Assembly (NCBI GenBank): GCA_015523565.1
Contig: WAKA01000018.1
Location: 1 to 12,054, forward strand
DNA length: 12,054 nt
Direction of reading: 5' to 3'
Source: Candidatus Heimdallarchaeota archaeon
Lineage (GTDB): Archaea > Asgardarchaeota > Heimdallarchaeia > Heimdallarchaeales > Kariarchaeaceae
The number at the start of each line of letters is the position of its first letter. The first letter of the stretch is position 1. Position numbers and translations under genes: made by a program. Under the pieces are notes generated by a model. It was not told the origin of the DNA. It did no database searches and was given only the letters and a program-made list of their open reading frames with translations. Below are positions 1 through 8,137 of the stretch, one piece after another.

Positions 1-396
1 TTATATTATTTGGCAGATAGTTACAGAAATACCAAAAAAATAGTTTTTTATCTTAATTACATTTTGTATTTCTTCCAGAATATCTTTTTGAAAAAAGAAA
101 TTGATTTCAATTTTAACACAAAAGCTTGTTGAAATTACAATGAATTAAGACAAAAAGGATTATTGAAAATTAAACCTTTTTTTGCGTTATGATTGTTAAT
201 TGCAATTTCAATTCATTGGAAAAACACTGTTATTTTGTTTTAGTCAAAGTAAATCAAGCTTTTAGAAAACCAGAAATATAAAATTTAGAGCGTCCGATGA
301 AAGAAAAAGATCGATTTTTGATTTGAAAGGCTTTGAAAAAGCATAAGCTAATTCAAAAATATCGCAATAAATAAATTTACATCAATTAGAAACTAT

Positions 397-1215
397 TCAA
401 CCAATTTGTCTCAGACGTTTCTTTTTGTACCAGATAATGGCAAAGAAAGGAATCAAAATGTCAATTGCCAAGGGACTTTCGTCAACACTTGCAGTTGATG
501 TGGGACTGCTTGTTGAGATGTTCTGTGATGTTTCTACCTGTGAAGACGCAAGAATGCCACCCGATACATGAAAAATATCCAATTTCAGAGTTACAGGAGG
601 GGTTTTCATATAATACAGAACCACCTTGAATGCATAGGGATTGTCCTTCTCGAAGTTAAAATAGTCATCTGGTAATGAATTTGGTACATTCATGCATTGT
701 GGATATGTTTTGTACCAAATTTTATTTTCAAGTACATATTCGTATTGTTCCTTCCAAAGTTGATAATATGGGATTGTCCCATTGGTCATGACCGAATAGG
801 GGAACGGAATGTCTTGATATAATGAACTACCCATGAAGAAAGTCTCAGATTCATTCATGTCACCATAGGTCCAATTTATTCTATCCAAATGCCTGAACAC
901 CAACGCGTCCTGACGGTCTGCATAATCATAAATACTGTTCGCAGGCTCTACTGTTTCATTATAGAGGACAACCAGAGCGAAATCATCCCAAGTGACACCC
1001 GACGGCAAAGTCGTGGTGTTTAGAACATTTATTGCAATGCTATCACAAAAAGGCGGTGAATATACGACACTTGTTTGGTAAACCAACTGTTGATAGCCCT
1101 GATTTTTCAGAGGGACATCATATGACCTGAAAATTTCATCATCCGATTTGGCAGATGCAGATATTAGAAGTATAGATATTATTATCAATGACAGGAGATA
1201 ATGCTTTTTGTTCAT
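397..1215 (-). CDS. Secreted/cell-surface protein of unknown function with Ser/Thr linker and C-terminal membrane anchor (CTERM-like)
   Basis: The ORF track starts at TTG 1233, but a GAGGTGA RBS (1221-1227, minus strand) precedes ATG 1215. That start gives a signal peptide MNKKHYLLSLIIISILLISASA. The C-terminus has an S/T-rich linker (SSQVETSQNISTSSPTSTAS), then SPLAIDILIPFFAIIWY and KKKR. Several NxS/T sequons. No recognisable catalytic motif. Confidence 0.8.
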   Translation of the reverse strand: MNKKHYLLSLIIISILLISASAKSDDEIFRSYDVPLKNQGYQQLVYQTSVVYSPPFCDSIAINVLNTTTLPSGVTWDDFALVVLYNETVEPANSIYDYADRQDALVFRHLDRINWTYGDMNESETFFMGSSLYQDIPFPYSVMTNGTIPYYQLWKEQYEYVLENKIWYKTYPQCMNVPNSLPDDYFNFEKDNPYAFKVVLYYMKTPPVTLKLDIFHVSGGILASSQVETSQNISTSSPTSTASVDESPLAIDILIPFFAIIWYKKKRLRQIG

Positions 1216-1340
1216 GTTTTTCACCTCAAACAATAGTTGGGAGTGACGTGATATCCAAAAATTCCATATTTTTGTCTGTTACAACATGAATTTAGTGCCA
1301 TTATTTTAGTCAACTCTTTTGTGTACTTCCTGAAAGTGTG

Positions 1341-1357
1341 CAAAAACCCTTATTAAA
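1341..1357 (+). promoter_or_regulatory. Candidate archaeal BRE/TATA promoter element (CAAAAACCCTTATTAA) in the divergent intergenic region
   Basis: A purine-rich BRE-like run followed by TTATTAA, between divergent genes. The AT-rich background makes chance matches plausible. Confidence 0.35.
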
Positions 1358-1546
1358 TTTTTTATGAACAAAAAAATTTCAAATAGAGTGTAGAGTAGTC
1401 ATATTATCATATCTAAAATAAAACAATGTTGAAGAATCAAGGGTCATCATAAGAAATGAAATGTGTAGAAAAACTATAAAAAACACCAAAGGATAATAAA
1501 ATTTTAAAGCATCCATGGGGAATGACATATAGTGAATCCAAAACAT

Positions 1547-1855
1547 ATGAATAACGAAATGGGCAAAATGGAAAAGCAAGAAAGAATTAACAGGATCGTT
1601 CAAGAAGAGATGTCAAAACTCCACAAAAGGAAAAAACTGGACAAATTTTGGGTAAATCTAACACTTGGATTTTCAATCTTGGTAATTTTGATTTATTCAG
1701 CTATCCTTCTTGGAGGTCACGCAGATGGTTATTTCGCTAGAAAATCCTTATTTATGATTATCATGTTTTTAATTATTATCTATTTTGTAGTTCATTCACC
1801 TTATTTACGCTCGTGGATTGTCGGAGTTGATGACAGGGGCAGAAAAGAATATTAA
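1547..1855 (+). CDS. Small hypothetical membrane protein (charged N-terminal helix plus two TM helices)
   Basis: ORF 1532..1855. The start is uncertain (GTG 1532, ATG 1547 or later ATGs). Two hydrophobic segments, FWVNLTLGFSILVILIYSAILLGG and SLFMIIMFLIIIYFVVH, follow a basic stretch (KLHKRKKLDK). Confidence 0.7.
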   Translation: MNNEMGKMEKQERINRIVQEEMSKLHKRKKLDKFWVNLTLGFSILVILIYSAILLGGHADGYFARKSLFMIIMFLIIIYFVVHSPYLRSWIVGVDDRGRKEY

Positions 1856-1987
1856 GGGGTTATCTGTGCAGTGGTTAAAAATGCAAGTTATGAAAACAAC
1901 ATGTTTCGAAATATCTACAAATGCTTTTTTGGGTTTATGTATTCCTTTCAATTTCATTTTAGTTTCAAAAATCAAGTCACACACTCC

Positions 1988-2011
1988 AAAGCTTCTTAAA
2001 AAAATCAGAAA
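1988..2011 (+). promoter_or_regulatory. Putative promoter for a leaderless transcript (AAAGCTTCTTAAA...TCAGAAA)
   Basis: AAAGCTT begins 34 nt upstream of ATG 2022, followed by an AT-rich TATA-like stretch. There is no SD sequence. The same motif and spacing occur upstream of ATG 4227. Confidence 0.5.
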
Positions 2012-2021
2012 AATTTAGCGC

Positions 2022-4178
2022 ATGAAGCGCATGGGTTTCATTTTGTTGGGAATTATGCTTTTATTCGCAGGCATGGCAAAAGCCAATCCAGCAATTACAA
2101 TGAAAAATGACATTACAAGTAAGTCATATGAACAGCCAAAAGGTGTAGTCTTAATTGATGACATTCACAGTAACGATTATGCAGACGGTAATTTGGATTT
2201 GGTTTATGATGATCTGGAAAACATGGGTTATGTCCCGATGTATGCCTCAAATTTTTCCACATTTGAGGAAGGGCTTTCACATGCACACTATCTTGTCATG
2301 ACAGCCCCATACATGAATATTTCAGATACGGATATTCAAGCGATTTCATCATGGATGGGGAATGGCAGTAAAAATTTACTGATTGCATCCCGTGGTGACT
2401 TCAGTAGTATTTCCCGTTCTTCAATCAATGAGATTCTTTCTAGTGTGGGAGTCGAGATGAGGACCAATGATGACAATGTATACACAACGGATTCGAGTGC
2501 AAGAAAACCATGGTACATCGAGACAAATAATTTCAATACAGATTATGCAAACTTGTTCACAGGGGTTGATACAATAAATTTCTTCAGTCCCTCATCTGTT
2601 GTTACGGGAAGCAATACTATAGTATTGGTCAATGCAGAGGCACCAGCCTATCAATCCGATGAAAATCCACCAGAACCAAGTGTGATTTATGACAACACCC
2701 AAGATGGGGAGGGAGGTGAAAGGATACCGCTTGCAGGAATGGAATTTGTGAATGATGACAGAGTGGTTCTTGTAGGCACAACATTGTGGAGTGATTTTGA
2801 TTATGGGGATTCATCAGCAGAGGATACGGTCTTTTTTGGAAATTTGATGGAATATTTCACTGAACAGACAAGACAGCATGAGGAAATTGTCATTGACCTT
2901 CCCGATCCGAATCCACCTGTCATTAAAGTGGACAATCCCAGAAATGGAGGCACAGTTAAAGGGACGGTTCCTATAAGGTTTGACATCAAAGAGCCATTTG
3001 GCTTGAAATCAGTTGAGGTATGGATAGATGACAACTTTATGGGCAATGCTTCAGAATTCGATTGGGATACAACCACATATTCTGATGGAGGACATACCAT
3101 TAACATTACGGCAGTTGACAATTCAGGCAATGTTGCCACAAAACTAGTCAATGTCATTGTTGACCAAAATTTGGTTCCAAAAACTCGCAACCCTGTCAAA
3201 ATAATGACTTACAATATCAAGGAATCAGGAATTTTCCCCCAATGGTTAGATGTAGTTAAAGAAGAGAATCCAGACATTTTGGTGCTTGTTGAAACAGGTG
3301 ACTTTGACAATAACAACAATGAATTGATGAACAAATATTTGGATGAATTGAATGTTTACTTCATGGATTTTGCAAAATACGAGGGATATACCCAGCAGAA
3401 TATACAGGCACCATATAGTGGCATTACCATTTTCTCTAGATTTGGTATTTTGGATGCAGAGACAATTAGCTCTGTGACATTGGATTCAGGGGCAAGAAAA
3501 ACAGTTGCACTGCCGTTCCTTCATGCACAAGTGAATGTGTTTGAACAGACAGTGCATATCATTGGCGGTCACTTGACCTGTTGTCCAGGGGAGGACAATG
3601 AGAAATCAAGAGAGGAAGAGCAGGAAGGAATCATGAATTTCATGGATGGATTGGGCAATGTTCCAATAATATATTTGGGAGACATGAACAGTAATTCACC
3701 AATGGATCCAGGAACGCATGACCTTGGAACAAAGCCCATAGAAATAGTTGTTGATCCCAGTAATCCCCAAACTGCAATCAGGCACGAATTCAAGGATGTA
3801 TATCTTGAAACAAATCCAGACAAGATAGAACCGACCTACATTGCATCAGGTCTTGAGTCAAGAATTGATTTCATTTTTGTCAATCAATGGTTCTTTAATA
3901 GAATTATTAATTCAACAATTGGAGACACGCCCAGTGCAAGGGAAGGAAGCGATCATGTCCCAGTGGATGTATTTTTGGATATGAAGAATTTGACAAAGCC
4001 TGCAGAGATTTCACATACGTTTTCGACACAAACACCAGAACCATCCAGCAGTGAATTTATTGAAAGCTCCGCAGTAACCCCGTCTCCAATTGAGTTGACA
4101 TTCATGTTTACCGCAATTGCAATTAATTTAATAATTAATGGAAGAAAGAAGAAATACCTTGCAAAAACTGAAAAATAG
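2022..4178 (+). CDS. Cell-surface endonuclease/exonuclease/phosphatase (EEP) family protein: signal peptide, GIFT/DUF4350-like domain, Ig-like (Big) domain, EEP domain, CTERM-like anchor
   Basis: Signal peptide MKRMGFILLGIMLLFAGMAKA. VVLIDDIHSNDY...RVVLVG..LWSD resembles the GldG/IFT52 (GIFT) fold. PPVIKVDNP...WDTTTYSDGGHTINITAVDNSGN is a typical Big/Ig repeat (about 2901-3168). EEP motifs in order: IMTYNI, DILVLVE, GHL, LGDMN, RIDFIF, GSDHVPV. Ends with an S/T/P linker, TPSPIELTFMFTAIAINLII and RKKK. Confidence 0.9.
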   Translation: MKRMGFILLGIMLLFAGMAKANPAITMKNDITSKSYEQPKGVVLIDDIHSNDYADGNLDLVYDDLENMGYVPMYASNFSTFEEGLSHAHYLVMTAPYMNISDTDIQAISSWMGNGSKNLLIASRGDFSSISRSSINEILSSVGVEMRTNDDNVYTTDSSARKPWYIETNNFNTDYANLFTGVDTINFFSPSSVVTGSNTIVLVNAEAPAYQSDENPPEPSVIYDNTQDGEGGERIPLAGMEFVNDDRVVLVGTTLWSDFDYGDSSAEDTVFFGNLMEYFTEQTRQHEEIVIDLPDPNPPVIKVDNPRNGGTVKGTVPIRFDIKEPFGLKSVEVWIDDNFMGNASEFDWDTTTYSDGGHTINITAVDNSGNVATKLVNVIVDQNLVPKTRNPVKIMTYNIKESGIFPQWLDVVKEENPDILVLVETGDFDNNNNELMNKYLDELNVYFMDFAKYEGYTQQNIQAPYSGITIFSRFGILDAETISSVTLDSGARKTVALPFLHAQVNVFEQTVHIIGGHLTCCPGEDNEKSREEEQEGIMNFMDGLGNVPIIYLGDMNSNSPMDPGTHDLGTKPIEIVVDPSNPQTAIRHEFKDVYLETNPDKIEPTYIASGLESRIDFIFVNQWFFNRIINSTIGDTPSAREGSDHVPVDVFLDMKNLTKPAEISHTFSTQTPEPSSSEFIESSAVTPSPIELTFMFTAIAINLIINGRKKKYLAKTEK

Positions 4179-4190
4179 TTTATTTTTTGT
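4179..4190 (+). terminator. Putative archaeal oligo-T terminator
   Basis: TTTATTTTTTGT immediately follows the TAG stop at 4176-4178. Confidence 0.4.
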
Positions 4191-4218
4191 CGAAAGCTTG
4201 ATTAACAATTTTCAGAAA
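4191..4218 (+). promoter_or_regulatory. Putative promoter of the three-gene operon (CGAAAGCTTGATTAA...TCAGAAA)
   Basis: BRE-like CGAAAG plus TATA-like TTGATTAA at about -29 to -22 from ATG 4227. No SD, consistent with a leaderless mRNA. Confidence 0.5.
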
Positions 4219-4226
4219 TATAACCT

Positions 4227-6347
4227 ATGACCAATGAACTAGAAGATTTAGATGCAAGATTCAAGCAAATTGCAACTGTTGTCATGGCAGCGGTTTATGC
4301 TACAATCAAGGATCTTGCACCAGATTCCATCACAATATTGCCAAATGTTGTAATCAATAGCGAAAGTTTTGGCTTGTTGATGTTGGGAACTGGCGCTTTA
4401 ATTTTCGGAAAAGGCATAGGTGCAACCTCAGCAGGTTTGGGGGTAATTTTTGATGAGTTTAAAGTAGTATTGGATGGGCAACCCTTGCCAGCGATTAATA
4501 TAGGATTGATCTTTTCAACAGTTGCACTATCCGTAAGCACTTGGTTGACTGGATTTTTGGAGAACGCAAGAATTGGAGATTATATCCCAGAAAACTTCCA
4601 AGAAATATTTTCTGGAAGGGAACTTGTCAAAGTCTCAAGGAAAACTGTAGTTTCAGTGGTCGGATTGTCATTGGCGAACAACTTCTTTTATGCATTTGGT
4701 GGTCAATTGATGGAAGGGGCACCAATAGGAAATGCGACAATGTTGTTTTTGACAGCTTTCTTGAGAGACGCCATTTTGCTGGTTGTTGGCATGCCTATTC
4801 TTTTGATAAGCTATGAATTCATTGAAGTTTACAATCAAAAGAAAGAAAGAATAATAGAAGAGCTGAATAAGGATATCCTATACAAAATAGAGGTCATGAA
4901 ATCGGCAGAGATAATCAATGTAGAACTTCCAGAAAATGCATTGAAAGAAGGTGTTTGGACACCCATTTCGGTAGAACTTATGAATCCCTCTAAAAAGAAA
5001 ACAGCCTACAACATTGAAGCTGTTTTCACGGCCAATTTTTATCCAGAACTGGATGCAACACCTGTATTGGATCCTGGAATGGGATGGAGACAGAATTTTT
5101 ACGTACTTCCACGAAAACAGGAAAAAATAACGGGGAGAATAAGAATCACACCGAAAAAGCCAAAGAAATTCAAATTTTCAGAACCAGAGGAAACCATTGT
5201 AGAAATTGAAGCGAATTCAAGAAAAAAAGGGGGACCCTTGGTAGCTCTTTTGGGACTTTCTGGATTGAACTTTGGTGCTTTGGGACTTTCTCTTGTATGG
5301 GAGCAAATTCAGGAGTATGTCAAAAATCCAAATCTTCTGCAAAAACAAGTTTTAGAATCATTGCAAGTTATCTCAAATGTCCTTATTGCGGAAATATTGT
5401 TGTTCATTGGTGCAATATCTACCCAATACTTTATGGCCAAAAGAAAATCAAAAGTATATTCCTCGAAAATTAGTTTTGCCTCAGACATTGATGATCAAAA
5501 AATAGAAGCAGTTAAGGAAAAGGCATTAAAACTGTTCATGAAAAAATATGGAAAACCATTAGCAATCATGTTTAGATCTCTGATAGGAATTGGTACAATC
5601 ATAACTTTTGCATATTTTGGTTATAACGCATTCATGATATCTGTAAATCCAGATTCCAGATTATCAAGCAACAATGATTTTGCCATCATTTCAGCCATTG
5701 GTTTGGGATTATGGGTATTTGGGTTTAGAGGCATGCAGATCCTTAATGAAATCACCACGGGTAAATCGACAAGAAATGCCAATAATTTCATTAGAGAATT
5801 CATACCTCTTGGAAATATTGAAGCTAACATTCCAACAGAAGTGATTCTAAGAATAGTGAATATTTCGGAATACCCTGGAATGAGGGTGTTGTTAAAATCA
5901 GATTCAGCCATTTCGCCACCAATGATTGAGTTGCATACTGAACCTGGAGAACTTGCACAGGTGAAAATTGTATTGACTGCGGATATGGGAGACTCACAAA
6001 ACATTCTTGCACTGGCATATCCATTTTTTGATAAAAACAAAAAGCTAATTCCATTTGAAGAGGCTGAACCATTGGCAAAGCAGGAGATTGACTTTAAGAT
6101 TACCCCGCCTGGCACAATGGGGATGTCCAAAGAACAAGAAAAGAAAGTCAAGACAGTGGGGGCCATGGTGACAGGATTTGCAGGAATTTTGACTGTATTG
6201 GGCCAAGTACTCCAAATCGGAAACACATTCGATTTTATCATAAATAACGCACCTACCATTTTAGCCTTGCAGGTTCCACTTATGGCAGGTTATTTCCGCG
6301 TTTCTTCACTTCTGAAACGTTCAAAAGCAGGAGGTATTGATTTATGA
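4227..6347 (+). CDS. Polytopic membrane protein: ECF transporter S-component-like N-terminal domain, two Ig-like beta-sandwich domains and about six further TM helices
   Basis: The first ~200 aa (KQIATVVMAAVYA...GALIFGKGIGATSAGLGVIFDEF...STWLTGFL...) follow the S-component helix pattern. Two beta-rich soluble segments (GVWTPISVELMNPS...LDPGMGWRQNFYVLP; ANIPTEVILRIVNIS...TEPGELAQVKIVLTA) are each followed by TM hairpins. The stop overlaps the next start (ATGA). Confidence 0.75.
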   Translation: MTNELEDLDARFKQIATVVMAAVYATIKDLAPDSITILPNVVINSESFGLLMLGTGALIFGKGIGATSAGLGVIFDEFKVVLDGQPLPAINIGLIFSTVALSVSTWLTGFLENARIGDYIPENFQEIFSGRELVKVSRKTVVSVVGLSLANNFFYAFGGQLMEGAPIGNATMLFLTAFLRDAILLVVGMPILLISYEFIEVYNQKKERIIEELNKDILYKIEVMKSAEIINVELPENALKEGVWTPISVELMNPSKKKTAYNIEAVFTANFYPELDATPVLDPGMGWRQNFYVLPRKQEKITGRIRITPKKPKKFKFSEPEETIVEIEANSRKKGGPLVALLGLSGLNFGALGLSLVWEQIQEYVKNPNLLQKQVLESLQVISNVLIAEILLFIGAISTQYFMAKRKSKVYSSKISFASDIDDQKIEAVKEKALKLFMKKYGKPLAIMFRSLIGIGTIITFAYFGYNAFMISVNPDSRLSSNNDFAIISAIGLGLWVFGFRGMQILNEITTGKSTRNANNFIREFIPLGNIEANIPTEVILRIVNISEYPGMRVLLKSDSAISPPMIELHTEPGELAQVKIVLTADMGDSQNILALAYPFFDKNKKLIPFEEAEPLAKQEIDFKITPPGTMGMSKEQEKKVKTVGAMVTGFAGILTVLGQVLQIGNTFDFIINNAPTILALQVPLMAGYFRVSSLLKRSKAGGIDL
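6329..6335 (+). promoter_or_regulatory. Shine-Dalgarno site for the 6344 gene
   Basis: AGGAGGT ends 8 nt before ATG 6344, inside the upstream CDS. Confidence 0.7.
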
Positions 6348-8137
6348 AAATTTATGTAATTGCAATATTTCTGATCATTTCAATTGGAGCAGGGGGGACA
6401 TTCACATATCTCGCATATTCACAGCCAAAGATCAAATTAAATCCAACAATAGAGACAGAGGCATTCGAATCTGTGGAAAACTTGAGCATTATTGTCCAAG
6501 ACAAATTAAACACAAAAATAAAAGAATATGAGGAATTAGGAACCCTGCTTAAAAATTACTTGAAAAGCTCGTTGCTTTTCAAGATAAGACCAGAAAATAA
6601 GGAAGCTTATTACCATAACAAGGCATTTGAAGATTCAATTCCAGGACTCGGATATGATGAGATCTACAATAATACAATCTCAAAAGATGTGGCCGCGATA
6701 ACATTTTCCCCAAGTGTTTTCGATGAAAGTTATCAAAAATCCTATCTTTCAAATTCAACAGAACCAGAGAGCCCATACAAACATGTTCCAACAAATTTGT
6801 TGGATGAGATCAATAAAACATCAAGCCTGGTTGATTTGTGGAAGTCAATAGACAGAAGTGACATTAGTTACATGCAGTTCGGGTCTTCTGATGGATTTTT
6901 ATTGACATATCCATATACAAAACTTTCAAAATCGTATGACTTCAAGACAGATCCATGGTATGAAAGTGGACTTACAGGGTCAAAAGACATTGTAATTGCA
7001 ATAGATGTTTCAGGGTCGCTTAATCAGACCCAATTTGAAAGCATCAAAAATTCCACTTCCAAAATTGTTGATTCATTTTCCACATCTGACAGGTTTACGA
7101 TCATTGCATTTTCTGACAAAATCAATTACTTTTCCCAAAACTTGGTTGTTGCCACAGATGAAATTAAATTAGACGCGATTAATTTTATAAAACGATTGGA
7201 ACTTGGGGGATTATCCGATATTTCAGAAGGAATTGTTTCTGGACTTAAGATTCTTGGCAATGATGGATATGAAAGAAACCAAAAAATCATGATTGGCATT
7301 ACAGACGGTTTTCCCAATACAGGAATATTGGATAACATAACCTTGGCAAAAACCATCTCAAAGGAAAATGGGCTTGCCAAATCCACAGTGCTACTTTACG
7401 GTGTTAATGACAAAACCAACGATGATTTACTTGGCTTAATTGCGAATCAGACAAATGGATACTATGTAAATGCAAATACATCAAGGAAAATCATTGAAGA
7501 AATACCAAACTACAATAAGTTTTTTGAAAATAGTACGAATGAATTCATTTCATGGAGCCTTCCTTTTGTCAACAAGAGAATGAACAGAATAGAGGTAAAC
7601 CTTTCACTTTCTGTTTCCTTGGAAAACAAGGCATTGGGTGTTTTCAATTTAGAAATAGACATTCGACCAATTGTAGACATACTCATTGAAAGCAGAAAAT
7701 ATAAAGATCAAGAGATTTTCATTTCAAATGTAGGAAAGGGGATATTTGCCCATCCTGTCTTCAATGAGTTTTTCATCAATACAAAAACAAATGAAGATAT
7801 CCAAAAATCGTTTTTAGAGTTTACAAATGACGCTCCAGAACTTGAAAATAATTTCAACACATTCTTACGTACAAAACAACAAAAACTGTCATTTGAGGAT
7901 ATCAATGGAAGAAAATACTTCAATACATTCAGGTATCTTGAACAGACAGGACTTATTCTCGGGATCATTGTACCTTACGACAGTATCATACCGCAATCAA
8001 TAACGAATAAACTCAAAGGGTTGGATTTGAATTTTCAAACATTCCAAAACTTATTGCCAACCTATGCATTTGCAATTTTTGTGTCGCTGGTTATTATTGC
8101 ATTAAGAAAAAGAATATTTGAGGAGGCAGAGCAATGA
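6344..8137 (+). CDS. alpha2delta (CACNA2D)/CACHD1-like protein: VWA_N/dCache_1 domain with inserted MIDAS-type VWA domain and N- and C-terminal membrane segments
   Basis: Ordered motifs YYHNK, ISKDVAAI, LLDEINKTSSLVDLWK, YMQFGSSDGFLLTYP, YDFKTDPWY, SKDIVIAIDVSGS (DxSxS at 7004-7018), DRFTIIAFSD, ITDG (7298-7309), WSLPF, LGVFNLEID and IFAHP parallel the alpha2delta-1 motifs as I recall them. Hydrophobic N-terminus; C-terminal TM YAFAIFVSLVIIAL followed by RKR. Confidence 0.88.
   Translation: MKIYVIAIFLIISIGAGGTFTYLAYSQPKIKLNPTIETEAFESVENLSIIVQDKLNTKIKEYEELGTLLKNYLKSSLLFKIRPENKEAYYHNKAFEDSIPGLGYDEIYNNTISKDVAAITFSPSVFDESYQKSYLSNSTEPESPYKHVPTNLLDEINKTSSLVDLWKSIDRSDISYMQFGSSDGFLLTYPYTKLSKSYDFKTDPWYESGLTGSKDIVIAIDVSGSLNQTQFESIKNSTSKIVDSFSTSDRFTIIAFSDKINYFSQNLVVATDEIKLDAINFIKRLELGGLSDISEGIVSGLKILGNDGYERNQKIMIGITDGFPNTGILDNITLAKTISKENGLAKSTVLLYGVNDKTNDDLLGLIANQTNGYYVNANTSRKIIEEIPNYNKFFENSTNEFISWSLPFVNKRMNRIEVNLSLSVSLENKALGVFNLEIDIRPIVDILIESRKYKDQEIFISNVGKGIFAHPVFNEFFINTKTNEDIQKSFLEFTNDAPELENNFNTFLRTKQQKLSFEDINGRKYFNTFRYLEQTGLILGIIVPYDSIIPQSITNKLKGLDLNFQTFQNLLPTYAFAIFVSLVIIALRKRIFEEAEQ
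8120..8126 (+). promoter_or_regulatory. Shine-Dalgarno site for the 8134 gene
   Basis: GAGGAGG ends 7 nt before ATG 8134; ATGA start/stop overlap at 8134-8137. Confidence 0.7.

Noticed and set aside
1-396. AT-rich leading region as an ncRNA, origin or mobile-element end
   Set aside because: I could discern no tRNA/rRNA structure, ORB-like repeats, terminal inverted repeats or long ORF. Only weak A/T-tract symmetries are present.
1379-2018. ORFs 1379..1603 (-) and 1818..2018 (+)
   Set aside because: They are short, overlap the better-supported 2-TM gene or promoter region, and lack an RBS or motifs. Their hydrophobicity is explained by AT-rich DNA.
4227-6347. Voltage-gated Ca/Na/K channel alpha subunit as the alpha2delta partner
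   Set aside because: There is no S4 RxxRxxR helix and no recognisable pore-loop or selectivity-filter motif. The helix pattern fits an S-component-like fold better.
2336-7968. Antisense and out-of-frame ORFs nested in the long genes (for example 2801..3199, 5621..6259, 7126..7386)
   Set aside because: They lie entirely within well-supported CDSs, are typical antisense-frame openness and show no domain motifs.
6344-8137. Eukaryotic contamination, or assigning the symbol CACNA2D
   Set aside because: The gene is intronless, SD-led and overlapped in a prokaryotic operon. It has only one dCache and lacks the Cys-rich delta region, so it is a homolog rather than a demonstrated ortholog.
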